A stretch of DNA of 64,000 nucleotides from the human T2T-CHM13v2.0 reference genome, Homo sapiens. The notes beneath the pieces were generated by a model. It was not told the origin of the DNA and did not search any database. It worked only from the letters and a program-made list of their open reading frames with translations. Positions within the stretch are counted from its first letter, which is position 1; every line of letters begins with the position of its first letter. A program made the position numbers and the translations under genes. Of this stretch, positions 1-18,800 are shown one piece after another. Location: the NCBI RefSeq assembly GCF_009914755.1, contig NC_060935.1; one strand, 5' to 3'.

Positions 1-217
<217 letters not shown>

Positions 218-576
218 TTATTAGTAAGTCTTCGATTCTAATCTCTTGCTTAGCAAACCTGTGGGCATCACCATTTTCCCATGTATTCTTTATACTACAA
301 GGTCCTATTTGGTGGTTAAATCCTTTTTAGTTGAGGATTAAAAGATTTTTGTGGTCCTTTAGGGCTACTTCTGAATTGGCAGTTTGGAAATGCAGAATTC
401 CCAACAAGTTCAGAAGCCACGCCTCTGCTATGCTCTATTGGTGCTACCTCAACTCAACCGCCATAACCTAAAAATCAACAGTGATTTTCATTACATCTGA
501 AAGAAAGAGGACAGACATATCTCTTTTTTTTTTTTTTCAAAATTCACAGACATCAATTTAATGACCACTACTATAA

Positions 577-1016
<440 letters not shown>

Positions 1017-1129
1017 TGTATTTACTTTTTTGGTAAGACTTTTTATGATAAACAAACAGGATTTGAAAAAAAAATGAACTATCATTGCCCAACTTTTTAT
1101 GAGGACTCTTCCTCTTCCAGTTACCATTA

Positions 1130-1312
<183 letters not shown>

Positions 1313-1388
1313 TTAGGCCTCTCCCTTTATGAAGGACACCACAGCACAACTAAAACTCACAAAGGCTGATCATTATGCTCTATTCCAT

Positions 1389-1684
<296 letters not shown>

Positions 1685-2382
1685 TGCGTTACATTTAGAC
1701 ATGAGATTAGCGGTAAAGAAGCAATCAAGGAAAATTTCTTAAATGAAGGAAAGGGAAAGTCAAGGCAGAATAGAAAAAAAAGTCTACAGAACTAGCATAG
1801 CAAACCAAACCCAGCAGAAGCATGTTAACGGTAGTGAATCTCAAAGCACAAGAAACATGCTTTGACTTTGGCAAACCTCTAGCTACAGCACTGGTCACAT
1901 GGTGTTCCTGCACTGTCTAGTCATTCATTTTTTTTCCACAAATACATATTAAGGGGCTACTTTCTGCCAACAATGGCCAGGCACAAGTGCTACGGCAAGG
2001 AAAAGAGCAGACAAAAACCCTGCATGCATGCAGCCGGCATTCCAGTAGGGGTATGTGGGGAGGTCAGAGGAAAAGACAAACAATAATAAACTAACAGAAA
2101 TATGAATAACACAGTATCAGGTGTGATCAATTCTATAAAGAAAAGCAAAACGAAATAAAGGGGCCAGAGAGCACCAGGCATATTATTTTAGATAGGACCA
2201 TGAGGGCTATCTTTTCCAAGGAAGTGAAATCTGATGGGGGTCTGAAGGAACTGAGGGAGTGAGGCCTCAGGGTATGGGGCCGTAATTATTTGTATATTGT
2301 AACCATTTGTTTTAGTCCTCTCCACTCATGCCTTCTTGTATCCACAGTTCGTCCCTAGCACACAGAGCTTAGAAGTAGCTTA

Positions 2383-2655
<273 letters not shown>

Positions 2656-2748
2656 TTAGAAACAACATCTGCAGCACGGCCTTTTGTGGCAGCTGACCCC
2701 AGTCCAGAGGGCTGCATGATCTTTTCATCTCAGAAAGCAGCTGGGGCA

Positions 2749-2894
2749 AGCTACTCAGGAGGCTGAGGTGGGAGGATCGCTTGAGCCCAGGAGGTTCAGG
2801 CTGTGATGAGCCAAGCAGTGGAGAGCCACTGCACTCCAGCCTGGGTAACAGAGTGAGACCCTGTCTCAAGAGAAAAAAAAAGAAAAAAAAGAAA
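2749..2894 (+). mobile_element. 5'-truncated AluJ right arm with 17-bp TSD AGAAAGCAGCTGGGGCA
   Basis: Right monomer plus A-rich tail flanked by an exact direct repeat. Confidence 0.88.
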
Positions 2895-4027
2895 AGAAAG
2901 CAGCTGGGGCACATGTGCATGGTTGAGGGCTAAGACCGAAGTCACGGCACCCTTTTTCATAAGTCAATGCTTCTAGGGAATAAATATAAACTGCTCCTAA
3001 GACATCTAGAACCATAAAGCATAATTATTCCCATTCAGTCAAGATAAATCCTTTTCAATCCAGTGCCCCATCAAAACTCACTTTCCCTACGGATCTTTAA
3101 TCTGTTTGTAGCTATTCACATTGCAATAAAATGATTTCTGGAATGAACCTAGGACATCAAAAAAATAAGGAAGGATATCATTATTTAGATTATCTGAATC
3201 TACTAACTTGGTCTCAATTCCTCTCAGTCTCAGTTCACTACGGACGGAGCCTGCAGGGGACTCTTTATTATCTCCAGGGCTCAAAGCACTCAGCAGCCTG
3301 CCACGAGGAATTCAGCCCTCCAGTGTGTGTCTTACAGCTGTCCATGGGTCACAGCTCTACAAAAACATTTACTCTTCTCAGTTATGACAAACTCACTACT
3401 CCTGGGGAATCCAGATTTGTTCTGTAAATAGGGGTGCCCTTACAAAGACGTTTTCCATTACTGGAAGCCATCACCGTTTGAAACGCAGATGGCTCCAACT
3501 TACTAAGAAAAACCACGCATTCCAGATTTTCCGTAAGTTCAATACTCAACATTCCTTTCTTTACAGTTACTTTTTTCCTGCTTTTTAACCATGGCTTCAA
3601 TTAAATATATTAAAATCACTCAGTAATCAAGGCAAATAAAACAATTAGATGTGAAAGAAAGACAAAGGACTCCAGGAAATAACTGTCAGAGTAGACAACA
3701 GCTTTTGTTGTTAATGATATCATGGATTTCCAAGCACTCACAAAGAAATTGTTCAAAATTCACATTTAAAAAGTGTCCTTCCCTGGCAAAGCTGCAGAGA
3801 TTATAAAGAAAAAAAAAAAAACTGTTCTAACTGCGTAACTTTAAAAAAATCATTTCCATATCATTGTTACTGATGAGGGCATGAGGCCAGGCTCACAGAG
3901 GTCTAAGTGCACTTCCACAATATACTCACAGCAAGAGTCAAGGCTGAGATAAAAACTCCTATATGCTTTACACCAAAGCCCATGGTCTTTCCCCTCTTCA
4001 GAAATATAAGCACTAACAGTAATTTCA

Positions 4028-4417
<390 letters not shown>

Positions 4418-4640
4418 TCATCTGTATCTTTATAACTAAAGGCAATCTTTTATTTTATATATGTTATGGTTCTTGATGCTTGTAAAAGTTCTAGCAAAAT
4501 TCTTATAAGCCTATTTGTTGGAAGTAAAAAAGAGCAACATGTTAGCCTAGGACTTAACAATTAGGGTACAAAAGACAAGAATGCTGATGATATAAATCAG
4601 ATACAATATCAATCCTATTAATAAGAAATAGCAAAGTGCA

Positions 4641-4999
<359 letters not shown>

Positions 5000-6164
5000 T
5001 TAAGAACCTGAAAAAGTGAAGATGACTTTCCAAATAAAAAGAATTCTCCCCTATTTTACCAACAGGATTTGATTTACGAGAGCAAGTTTTTCTACAAATG
5101 AGGGCTGTGGTACTTCCTTACTACTTCCCTTCAGTATAAAACAATGTTTAAGTTTTAAGAAAACAGAAATAGAAAGCTAGGAAGCCACAATTGAAATACA
5201 AAGGCTATCCTTTCTTAAACATAGGGCTTCGTATTTTTATTTGGGATTTGAAATGGTTTCGTCTGTTATTTCTATTACTCCAGGAACATGGGAAGGCGAG
5301 GGTGTTCTTGCACTGAAGTATCCATGCAGATCCTTCTGTTCCAACCCGAGAGTGGGAAGGGGGAAGAAATAGTTGTTAATTTTCTAGAATAAAATACTTA
5401 AGAGAAAAAAAATCAATAAATTGCTGAATCTACTTCTATAGAATATTTAATCAGAAATGAAGTTAAGGGGAAGTATCTCTTTTGGCTGAATCTGGGGTGG
5501 TTGTTTAGCAAAACAAAAGTAAAACCACAAAACCAATTTTCCCCTTATTAAATTTAATACAGCTATATAGTACTTTTAGCAGATATTAAAAATAAATAGT
5601 ACTCAATGAATAAACATCACTGTATTTGTATCTACTTATATATTCATCTTTACCCAAGTCTAAAATAAAAAGAAATGCACGTGAACCATGTCTTAGGCAT
5701 GGGGCTTACATACACATTTAACAACAAACACATTTATGCTTTTCAGTAACCCAAAGAGGTAGACAATAAATTAGGCAAGCTCATAAGAGAAAGTGGCAGA
5801 CCTGGGATTTGAACCAAGTTCTCTCACTCCCAGTTGAACACAGTATCATGCTGATTCTAAAACTTCTCTTTGGTATATTTAGTCCGCATTTTATTCCTGT
5901 TCTTTCCAAGTTCAGAAATTAGTGACATATCCCCTTATTTAAAAAAAGCATGATTGGAAAATATGTATTTTTTTTAAAAAATGAAAGGGATAAATTATAA
6001 GGGCCAGGACAGGAAGGCCTGCTAATGCCCAAAGCACTACCAAGAGATCCTTAAATTGCTTAATTTATCGAGTTTTTAAATCATGTAGTTGGTCAAACCA
6101 ATCTTAGAAACATCTTTAGATAGCACCATTATCACAAAGCATTGAAGTACAAATTTATGTTTTA

Positions 6165-6354
<190 letters not shown>

Positions 6355-6724
6355 CTAAAAAAGAAAAAGGAAAGAAAATCTAAACCATTGAAATCTTTCG
6401 TCTGAGCAGCTGGAGCTGTGAGCACGACGGCTGCCATCTATTTTGAAAGCTCTGTGTAGAGTACGTCAAATACCAGGCACTTAATTATCCAGATCTTCCC
6501 AATTCACAGACTGATCTCTAGACACTAGAGCTAGAAGTTTTGCTCATTCTTCCAAGGTCCTAGGATATCTCCTACTACACAGAACTAATCACTCTGAATG
6601 AATACATTCAACTGCCTATAATGCATTTCTACTTACACATCTCACAAACATACAAAACTCAATGCAACCAACATGTATTCCTCTTTCACATCCCCTAAAA
6701 TAGTAACTGTAAGGAAAACAACAA

Positions 6725-6860
6725 AATAATGGCTAACATTTACGGAGTGCTTACTATGTGCCAGACACCATTTCAGTGCTTTAATACACGAATTTAATCT
6801 TCACAACAACCCTGTGAGACAGGTACTACTGGTTTTTGTCCCTTTTTTCAGATGGAGGAC
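6725..6860 (-). mobile_element. MIR
   Basis: gagtgcttactatgtgccag...tttaatcttcacaacaaccctgtgag...cagatggagga. Confidence 0.7.
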
Positions 6861-6879
6861 TCCTGGCTCATGGATTGGT

Positions 6880-8330
<1,451 letters not shown>

Positions 8331-8348
8331 ATGGTTTGTTTGTGGGGG

Positions 8349-8367
8349 GTGTGTGTGTGTGTGTGTG
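8349..8367 (+). repeat. (GT)n microsatellite
   Basis: About 9 copies, read directly. Confidence 0.9.
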
Positions 8368-11191
8368 TATTTTACTATAGAGACAGTATAGCACATTTGG
8401 TAAAACTAAAAAAGTTTCACAAAACCCAGCACTGGCAAGAATGTGAGCAAAAATCATTATCATATATATTGCTGGTGGAAACAAAATCAGTACATACTTT
8501 TTGGAGGCAGTCTGCTATTTCTATCAAAAATCATTTATGCAACAAATACTTATTGAATGCTTATCATATGCTAAGACTATCCTAGGAGGTGGGAATTGAG
8601 CAATTAAAAATGTATATATAAAAATAAGTAACAGACAAAAAATGTATACCATATATTCAAGTAGGAGAGATAGACAATATAAAAGATAAATAAAACTAGT
8701 AAAACTAACAATGTCCATGCCATTCTCCAGATATGGCCAATTCTTTCTCTTCTATGCTACCTCTACACCTGGGACATGTGTAACCACAGCACCCAATACT
8801 CTCTTATGTAACTTATCTGGTGACACAACTGTGACCTCTTTGAAGGCAACAATGACATCATATTTAGCTTTACAAAATTTTAGTGCCTAGCAGAAAGTAG
8901 CTTTTTCAAAAATGTTTCTTAAAATGAAAGGAATACAATAGAATGCAATTCCCAGAAGTACCTTAAGGACTAGTGTTTAGTGAGAACTGCCATCTCATCT
9001 GAATTTAGTATATTCTAGCTATATTGTTTATTCCTTCACTCACTTATTCATTCATATGTATAATTTTAAAAATCAACAAAAAATACAGTAAGTGCCTACT
9101 ATATGCCAGGCACTATGCTAGACTAGGCTACTATGTCTGCGAATCCTGCCCCATGTTCCTGCTTAGCCAGGGCTAGACACTGGACCTACGACTATAGAAT
9201 ACAACAAAATCTAATGACAGTGCTACATTAATGACATTTTAGAAATGAGAATTTTATGTGCATTTTCATTCATGCAAAGAAAGGTTAATGCTAACCATTA
9301 ATAAAATTAGGTAGTAATACAGAGGAAGGCACCTTAAGTACAGCTTTTAATAAATCAAATAGTATCTCCCAGAATCTGCTCACCTTCTCTATGCCAAGTA
9401 CTCTAAAATCTAAAAGGTGCAAACTCAAGTTTCTCTAGCTCGTGGATATCAGGTTATGAATCTGCTTTTCCAGTTTTTTCTTGCTGACCTCCTTTAAAAA
9501 GTGGGAGAGGGACTACTGGCAATGACTCAGTGGCAGAAGAGTCCAGCTGTGTGAAAACTTTTTTGGTTTATTTGAATTCTCACTTGGTTCAAGGGTAAGA
9601 ACTGACACACCACTGGAAAGCAGTCAAGGCAAAGTAAACATTCAAATAACTTGTTAACAGGAGACATTTTCCTGAGAGAATGAGGACAAGAAGGATTGTT
9701 TCTTCCTTTTGCCAAATCTTTCAGCTATTTATTTATTAAAAAGCAGTGAAACAAATTTCAGAGTCAACTTTAACCCTAGTGCATGACCTACTCAGTGACT
9801 TTATAGTTGTCCTTGAAAGTTTCACAGCTCATTACAGCTACCTAAATATTATCACACAGGAATCTTCTTTATTAAGTCTATCTTTCTATTGGGTTACTCT
9901 CTACGTGCTCTCAGTTGATTTTGGAAGTTGGAAAGAACCTATGGCCAGAAAAGGCATTTACTAAACACGTGTTGGCTTGGTTTACATGTACCCAAGGCAA
10001 GCCTGCTCAGTTTGTTAAAGAGCTGTGATAATGACAACAAGGAGTTGGATTCTGCTGTTTTATGGAGTTGGGTAGCTCGACATTAGAGTCAACAGCCAGT
10101 AACAGCACCCCAGGCCCTACCTCACAAATAAACATTACTGACCACACAAAGTTTAGATACGCAGAAATCACAGTATATCCATTAGTACTACTGGAAAATC
10201 TTTCAATGGTACATCATTTTCAAAAGTACTATCTTTATCAAAAAAGAAACCCTTAATATTAGTGTTATGGTTATTTAACTAGTAAGTTATTAGAAAACCA
10301 AATATATAATTTATTCATATGTGTGTGTATATATACATGCAAATGCATGTGTGTGTACTTAAGTTCCCCTACATTGCTCTGGCAAATAAACACAATTTTG
10401 TTTGACAAAGTTTACCATAACTAAACAGGTTTCTGCCATCTTCTTATTCACAAGTCAGCGGCCTTAATGTATAAGTCATTTTTCTCACCTACAGAAATTG
10501 ACCTTGGCAAGGGAGACAATAACCCTAATTTCCTCTACATAGTTGTTATCCCATCCTCCTTATCTTTTCTTTCAATCTGGAAATAATGACCAGCAGAGAA
10601 AACAATCCATGATAAGGACAACCATCCTACTCTACACCACACATAACATGGGCACATTACTTGCCAAACGTGCTTAACCTCTGTTCTAGTGAACATAACA
10701 TTCAAATCTCCTCATGTAAAAATTTAAAACAGAATTCTGATTTAAATCATGTCAGATAGAATAGAATTCTGACTTAAATCACTCTGCCTTTTTTTTTTTT
10801 TTTTTTACTTTAGGGTTACTTTTATTTTGAATTTTTTTAAAGCACTCTATGTTGTCAACATAATGCCTGGTGATATTTTAAACAAAATATTCAAGTTTTC
10901 TTCGCATATTTTATATGTCGGTTTTACAAGAATTGCTAAATTTCTATGAATACTCATCCGAAAAAAGTACACATTCAATACAGAATGTGCAGAAAATACA
11001 TAAACGTATAAAAAGGAAAGTAAACACGACAATCTCGCCACCTATAGATAGCATGTCAACATTCTGATGCACTTCCTTCTCATCTTTTTCATATATGTGG
11101 TGTACGGTATTTACATAATTGTGATAATACATGTTAGGGTTTTAAATGCTTTAATTTATTATTTAGTGATCATTTTTCCTTATTAAAATTC

Positions 11192-11479
11192 TTTTTTTTT
11201 TGAGATGGAATCTTGCTGTCACCCAGGCTGGAGTGCAGTGGCATGATCTTGGCTCACTGCAGCCTCCGCCTCCCAGGTTCAAGCGACTCTCTGCCTCAGC
11301 CTCCCAAGTAGCTGGGATTACAGGCACGTGCCAACATGCCTGGTTAATTTTTGTATTTTTAGTAGAGATCGGGTTTTGCCATGTTGGCCAGGTTGGTCTC
11401 GAACTCCTGGCCTCAAGCAATCCGCCTGCCTCAGCCTCCCAAAGTGCTAGGATTACAGGCATGAGCCACTGCTCCTGGC
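11192..11479 (-). mobile_element. AluS
   Basis: Dimer, TSD ccttattaaaattctt. Confidence 0.92.
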
Positions 11480-11526
11480 CCTTATTAAAATTCTTCATAA
11501 ATAAAACTTTTAACAGCTGCGGAGAA

Positions 11527-11527
11527 T

Positions 11528-11562
<35 letters not shown>

Positions 11563-11563
11563 T
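11527..11563 (+). repeat. (ATTT)n microsatellite
   Basis: About 9 copies, read directly. Confidence 0.93.
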
Positions 11564-14500
11564 TATGTCTTGTATTTTAGTCTACTTAACCATTCTCTTT
11601 TGGATAGTTAGGCTACATTTTTATATATGTGTATATGTATGTGTGTGTGTGTGTATATATATATATGTTACTTTTTTGCTATTCTAGATAACACTCTATG
11701 AATATTTTGTCCATAAATCTTAAACCACTCTTCTAATTATGCCCTTAGGACATTTTTAGGAATAGAATTATTGGATCAGGGAGTGCAAACATTTTCAAGA
11801 CTCTTAATACATATTGTCAAGTCGTGTTCCAAAAAGAGGCCCCCAATAGCCAACCCCATCCCTCACAACCAAAATTGGCACATGAAGGTAACTCCCCATC
11901 ACTGACATATGGTTTAGATCCTCACACTGTGGTAAGCAAAGTGTGGATACGAATCTTGACTTTGAGTAATGAACTAAAATACTTGCTAAGGCATAAAGCA
12001 ACTTTCACTCTCTATTAGGGATTTTTTTAAACAATATTCTAAAGTTACATAAAAGTAACTGGAAAAAGAATGTAAGGCATGGGCATTGCAGGCCATATTC
12101 ATCAAACCTTGTCAATCCTTGAACTTCCAATGACAAAAAACAACGTGGACACAAAATCTCGCTTTTTACCCATAATCTATTATATAGTAGAATAAGGAGT
12201 TACTGTCATTACACCGTGTGGTTTTAACTCATTACACATGTTTCTCAAAATAAATTTGTATGCAAAAACTGCTGACACTCTAAGGGAATATTTGCTGACA
12301 TTCAAAACAGTAAATTGCCATTCATTTCAAAACCGTATTCTCCCTTTCTTACTGCTTTTCTTGTCCATGTAACATATATATATATATGTATCTCTATTTC
12401 CCTAATCTACTAGAGGTAATAAAATCAGTGAAGAGGTTAGAATTTGAATTTGATTCCTTATGTGAAAAACAGAAGTGACGGGCTCATCGAACCCAGTGGT
12501 CTCAAATGGAATTAGCATGACCACGAGAAAGTTCTTCCATCTCCTTCCCATCTTCATATAAAGCTAGTGGCCAACACAATTCCATTCTTTTCACCGACAT
12601 TCTGAGTGGGTGATTTGTCTGAGAAGATGCTTAGTGGTCCCTTTGCTCTCAGGAAAGCGCCTGGTAGTACAGTCTCTCCGGAAAAAGATTGTAGAACATG
12701 CACACACACAAACACACAAAATGCAGCTAAGTGTAGTAAAACCATTAAACCATCTACAAAGCAGGACAACTTATTGCTCAATGCTGTAAAAATCTCTGGA
12801 GGCTCCCCAGTCTCATGTGGCACAAGTACTGCTCCCAAAGTCCAAATGTCACTAAACAACAGCTGGTGTTTCCTAAGTTATAAGGCTTTCTTTAAGCCTT
12901 TCTCCCACATCCACATAGAAGGCAATCTGTCCTATAAGCTCTACTTTATATGCCATGCCAAGCTTAGAGCATTTCTGTGGGCAGAGGGAAGCTAAAGGTA
13001 TACCTCATCTTAGAATAAGAAAGGAAATACTTTCCTAACGTTTACTTAACTTATTGTTCAGGTTGTGAACTTATTGCTTTTATAACCCCTTTTCAACATG
13101 CTGCCAGAATAATCCTTTGGGAAAAGTCTTTCCTGAATTTCTAGATTTGATTACTTTGTTTTTGAAGCAACGCCTTTGCTTTCATAAGGATGATGAAGGC
13201 TGTCTTTCTGAATCATTCCTCTTCCTAGCCTCCTATTTCAAACTTTCTTGTAGTTTTCTTTCAAGCTTAGGAAATAACCGTGATTAATTTGTGAACAAAA
13301 ACTTGGCTTTGAGATCAGTTATAGTTCTTCAAAATAGGAAATTATTTAAGTTAGATTCCGTTTTTTAAAAAGAATCTTATTCTGTATGAAACATGGTAAT
13401 TTCCTTTTTTAAAACAATGATTCATCTCGATTTTCAAACAATCTATCTCAAAATATGCTATTGATCAGCTAAGAAAAAATTATTTTCAGAACTACAAAGA
13501 AAAACTAAAACATGTCTACTTAAAAATTCTTCATTAAGTACTATCAAGATTAGTGCAGTCCAATTTCAATTATGGAAGTCAAATATAGTATATACTGTTT
13601 TTTAACCCATTGGGCTACCTTGACCTTAACCACAGGCAACTTTAAATCTCCTGTCAGTTTTCTTCATTCTGAATATTTAATTTAACTAAGAAGTTAACAT
13701 CATTTCCTACACAAACTTCTCAAATAACTCTGCTTTTCAAGTAAGTATTCATTCAATCAAACCATTTAATACATAGAACATCTACTTTGGGCAAGAACCT
13801 ATGAGGGGTGCAAAGATATACCAAACTAAAGGAAACTGCTCAACTAAGAAGGGCACGAACATAATTATCTCCAGAATAAAGAAAAAAGTCTTAAATGCAA
13901 TAAGAGAGTAAAAAGTATTGAAAGAGTTCAAAGCAGAGGAATTCATCTTTTATTCAGTAAATACTTGGTGCATGCTTACTATATACCAGGCACTGAGCTA
14001 TCCTGGAAACTCAACCATGAATAAAAGAGACACAGTGTCTGCCCACATGAGGCTTACAACCAGGTGAGGACATGTGACAAGTAAGGAAGCAATTAAAATA
14101 CAGACTCGTCTAACATGGGAATGGCTCAGATAGCAACTTTTTGCAATAATGGCTCTTAGAAAGTTATTTCACTTTTTTTAAAATACAGCTTCGTTTTATT
14201 CAGTACAACTTTTCCAATCAGAAACTAAAGAAAACACTCTAAAAAGTGATATTATAGCTTCAGGCAAAGCTGCACACACCAATTTATATAATACCACAGT
14301 TTTTAGACTTTACACCACGTCACGTAGAAAAAAGTGAATTGCTTGCTGTGTTTGGATGACCTCAAACATTGTGCTTTGTGTTCAGATGCCAACTGAGGGG
14401 GAGGACAGTGGGCATTCTCCTGATCTTCTGTGAGATTCCACTAATTAGTGAGATTCTACTAATCTTCTGTCTGCAGTGTGTGTGCACCATTTCCGCGAGT

Positions 14501-14949
14501 TGTGAAACACTCTTGTGTTGAGCTTTTGTTTTGCCATAAGGTGATTTTAAGTGCTTTTATTTTCTAAGTGCAGTTTGAATGCGAGGTAACTACGAGCCTT
14601 AAGATGACTTCCAGTGTCCAAAAATCCATTTCCTGACTCTACACCACCCGTGAAGGAATTGCTCACCATTCCTCTTTCACCAGCCTCAAGGCTTCTCTTC
14701 CTCCTTTGACAAGCATAATAAACTCAGTGCATTTTATTTAAGAACAAACTGGATTTATTTACTTTTAAAGTATCTTTTACCATCTCTACAAATGTGCTTT
14801 CACTGCTCCATTGACATGTTTTTCTATCTGTGAAATCTGGCTATCTTGGATTGGGACAGAACATATCATGACTCTTTCCATGAAAAGCAATAGACATGCT
14901 TTACACTAAAAGGCAGAATTTTTAGGAAATAAAGGTTTTCAGAGATTAA

Positions 14950-15500
14950 AGCAGTTACATGAGAAAGGGACAGGTAAGCAACAGAATAAAGCAAATACAG
15001 GTGCTCCAGGAAAAAGAGAAGGCTCACTTAACCTAGATTTGTACTTGGAGAGGTGAAGACTTCTCAGAGGAAACAACTGACTAGGTGAAATCAGAGGGAT
15101 ACGTTTGGGGGATGGAGTAGAGGAAGGGAGGAAGAGAAGGAAGAAAGTATCTCAAGCAGAAGGAACAGTGTGTTTGTAGAATCAGAGTAAGGATGTCTGG
15201 GCTGGAAAATACAGTAAGAAGAGAAGGATAAGACACAGTGAGGGGAAAGCAACATAAATGAGCAGAAACAAGAGTGTAAAGAACAATATAAATCATATTA
15301 AAGTGTTTGGCTTTTATTCTGAGAGGAGGGTGTCAAAGGCTTTTAAGCAGGCAAGGACATGATCAGTCCCGTACCTTTGAAAAATCGCTGACACTGCAAT
15401 GTGGAAAACAGTTGAGGATAAGAGAAGTTAGAAGGCTATGGTGAGAGATACGGGGACCTGTACTGGAGAAATATCACGGGATAAATTTGAAAGGTTTTTC
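14950..15500 (-). mobile_element. L2 fragment
   Basis: tttggcttttattctgag...ggcttttaagcagg...catgatcag motif; boundaries approximate. Confidence 0.55.
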
Positions 15501-15540
15501 AAAAATTTTTAAGACACGGTCATATTTAAAAGACGTAAGA

Positions 15541-15823
<283 letters not shown>

Positions 15824-18800
15824 TCAACAGGACTTTGATAATGAATGAGTTGGACTGGAAAAGAATAGACCACTAGGACCTAGGACATCTTTGGAATCCA
15901 TTCATCTGTCCACTGCTCTATTTCCCCACTGCTGTGACTGTAAATAAGGAATCGAGGCTGCTGTCCAGACTTCTGACTCAGACAAGTGAGTGAGTGGATG
16001 ATGTGCATTTACTGAGATGGGAGCAGCAGGGTCTTCTGTGGTCTGCTGCTGCTGTTTGAGGTGGTAGAGGGAATGGAGAGCGTCTGAAGGTGTGGAGATA
16101 ACAAGAGGAGCTGGAGGTAAGTGGGGTTCTAAGGAAGGTTGGGCAGGCAAGCAGAAAGAAGCCTGAAGCTCTTAAGAGATTTGGGTCGCAGATGACACTC
16201 TGGTGGGCAACAGCAGACACACGGAACTATGGCTCAGGCTGAATCCCAAAACTATCATGCTTGAAGGGACAGAAACTCCTCATTCAAAATAAACCACACT
16301 ATCAATACTACTAATGAAAAAGTTTTAAAGCAAAAAAAAGGAAAAGACAGAAATGATATTCCAGGGATGGAGTCAAACAGTCAGACTTTAAAAATGAGTT
16401 TCTTAATGTGATTTAATTTCACATTTCACACTGTTATACCTTTCCAAGGTACTACAGTGTAGGGTAATCAGACACATTCCTTCATGCTTACTAAAGGCTT
16501 TGATTAGGGACGGTCTTCATGCTGTCCACAGGGGTTCTCCCAAAATGAGAGTAACAGCTGGCATACATCTTCCATGATTCTACAGGAGGAAAGGAGAGGC
16601 AAACAGAGTGCTACAAGTCTAGTCGCAACAAACATACTCTCTAATAGCATGCTACTCTCTGGGGCGTATGGGGGTTCTTTTAGAAACTTAAGAATTTCTT
16701 AAAGCAGTCATGTGCAATTAACAATGATGTATCTTCTGACCTGCCGCATCACTCCCAGTCCATAGGAGGAACATATAAATCTCATCAAAGTAAAGTTGCA
16801 GGATCTCAGACACCAAGGCCCCCTGCCAATCACTGGGAGTGCTCTCTTCCTGCCAGGATGAAGCCCCTGGGTGTGAAATGCAGCTTTCCACAGTACTTAC
16901 TTTATAAGCACTTATTAATGATCGTGCAATCATTCAGATCAACTTAAAAAAAAAAAAGTTCACACCTACAGACTTCGCAACCCTTCCCCCACTTCTCCCA
17001 AGTCTCAGTCGAGTCAGCCAAGCATACAAACGATCCTGCTGCCTGCGAAAGCATTTCCTTTCACCGTGGACTGCCAAAAGTAGAGGAAGAAAATGGAAGT
17101 GACTTGGAGTTATGGCACCAAAAAGGCCAAATGAGCAAAGAAATAATCAACTCCACATGAGCCACTTCAGCTCCAACACAATGAAAAGGGCCCAGGACGA
17201 ACCCCAGGAAAGGTCACTGAGATCAAGGGTCACACGCAGAAAAAGGCAACAGTGAGGGGCTGCCAGCTGCAACAGGAATCAATGTGGTCCTAATTACACC
17301 AAAGGAGAGGGGGCAAAAGCTCAGTTAGGTTCTATTCACAATATTTGTGTGTTTAAAAAAAAAAGTCAAGTGTTCCTGTTCCACTCTCTTTCTAAGAGAC
17401 TATTTCTTCCTGCCACTAGAGCACAGGAAGCCAAGAATTGTGAAGATAATCCTGGCATCCACAGTGGGTTGTACAGGAGCATTATAAATATTTAAAAGCA
17501 TAGCTGCATACAAATGGTGAAATTCTAAAAAGCAGCGTGAGAGAGATTATTAAAAAGACAAAATATAGAAAATTTCAAGGGGATTATTTTGCAAGTCCCA
17601 TGGAGTCAACACTTCCACAAATCCAGCACTTGGTAGCTTTTCAAGTTTGTCACTGGAATTGGCTTTATGGGAAAAAATAACCGTTATGGTAACCACAAAA
17701 CAAATGCTAAAAGCTAAGTTTGCTAAGAACTAGCTATTGCAAAGATGCAGACACACATTTGACTAACTTCTGCTGGAGGATGAGCAGGAGGAATATGGAA
17801 ACATTTGAAAAAGTGCCCCATATAGGTGTTAGGTAATATAATTAACGTAGTTGTTAACAGGTCCAGCGCTTTGCTTAGACCCTACTGACTTATGCACTGG
17901 ACTAACCTAAGTATAAGAGTTTCCCTGGCAGTTACAAAAGACTCACCCTCATGGGGTTTGGCTTAGATTCCATTTTAATAACAAGGAAAAAATCCTCAAG
18001 GAGAAACTCATTTCCATGAAGTACATTATTCAAATATACACAGTCAAGCATTGAAAAGGCAGATAAGAAAAAAACAAATCTTGGAAAAGGATCTTTGCTG
18101 CAAATAAACTTGAATCAACGCTGGCTGAACACTGGGTCTCTGCCACAATGACTTTTACATTATCTTACCGTCAAGTTATGAGTTTCCTAGAGACCTAGAA
18201 CATATTAATACTAGTTTCCAAGTACCTTATTCCATCTTTAAACTTGGCCACATAAAATAATGGAAGAAATCTAGATTTCTTATCAGCCCCTGCTTTGTTC
18301 AAACTGGTAATGGGAATTAGGTCAGACACAGCTTCATCAAAGCTGTCATCCTACCATGGAAGAGAGGCTGTGCATTGATAAAGGGGTTCTTCAAGCACAT
18401 TCATAAGCTGACATACAAGTCAATCACAGATTACTATGCAGTTAGTACATAATTGGCACCAATTGACTGACAAGTCTAAAATTAAGTAAAAACACAAATT
18501 GGCCTATGTCAGGAAAACCTGCACCCTTGAAAACTCAAAATCAGTGCCAGGCAGTTAAAACCAAAGTAACCATCAGGATACAATGCCCTGATGAAACTAG
18601 AAAATAGAAAAACAAATCAATTAGGATCACAATATCTTTGTAAACATAACACAACATAGCATGAAGTTTTAGTCCAAGCAGAAAAGCCCGAGAAGTGGCC
18701 TTTGGCATCAGGTCCGGCCTGACTATCAAAAATAAAGCAAAGTTTGTTGGAACAACTCTGCTAGGCCACACATGCACGAAGCGGCAGTGGCCAGATTGTA

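Noticed and set aside
14100-14945. Possible Tigger-like DNA transposon relic
   Set aside because: Only a vague resemblance; terminal inverted repeats could not be identified by eye.
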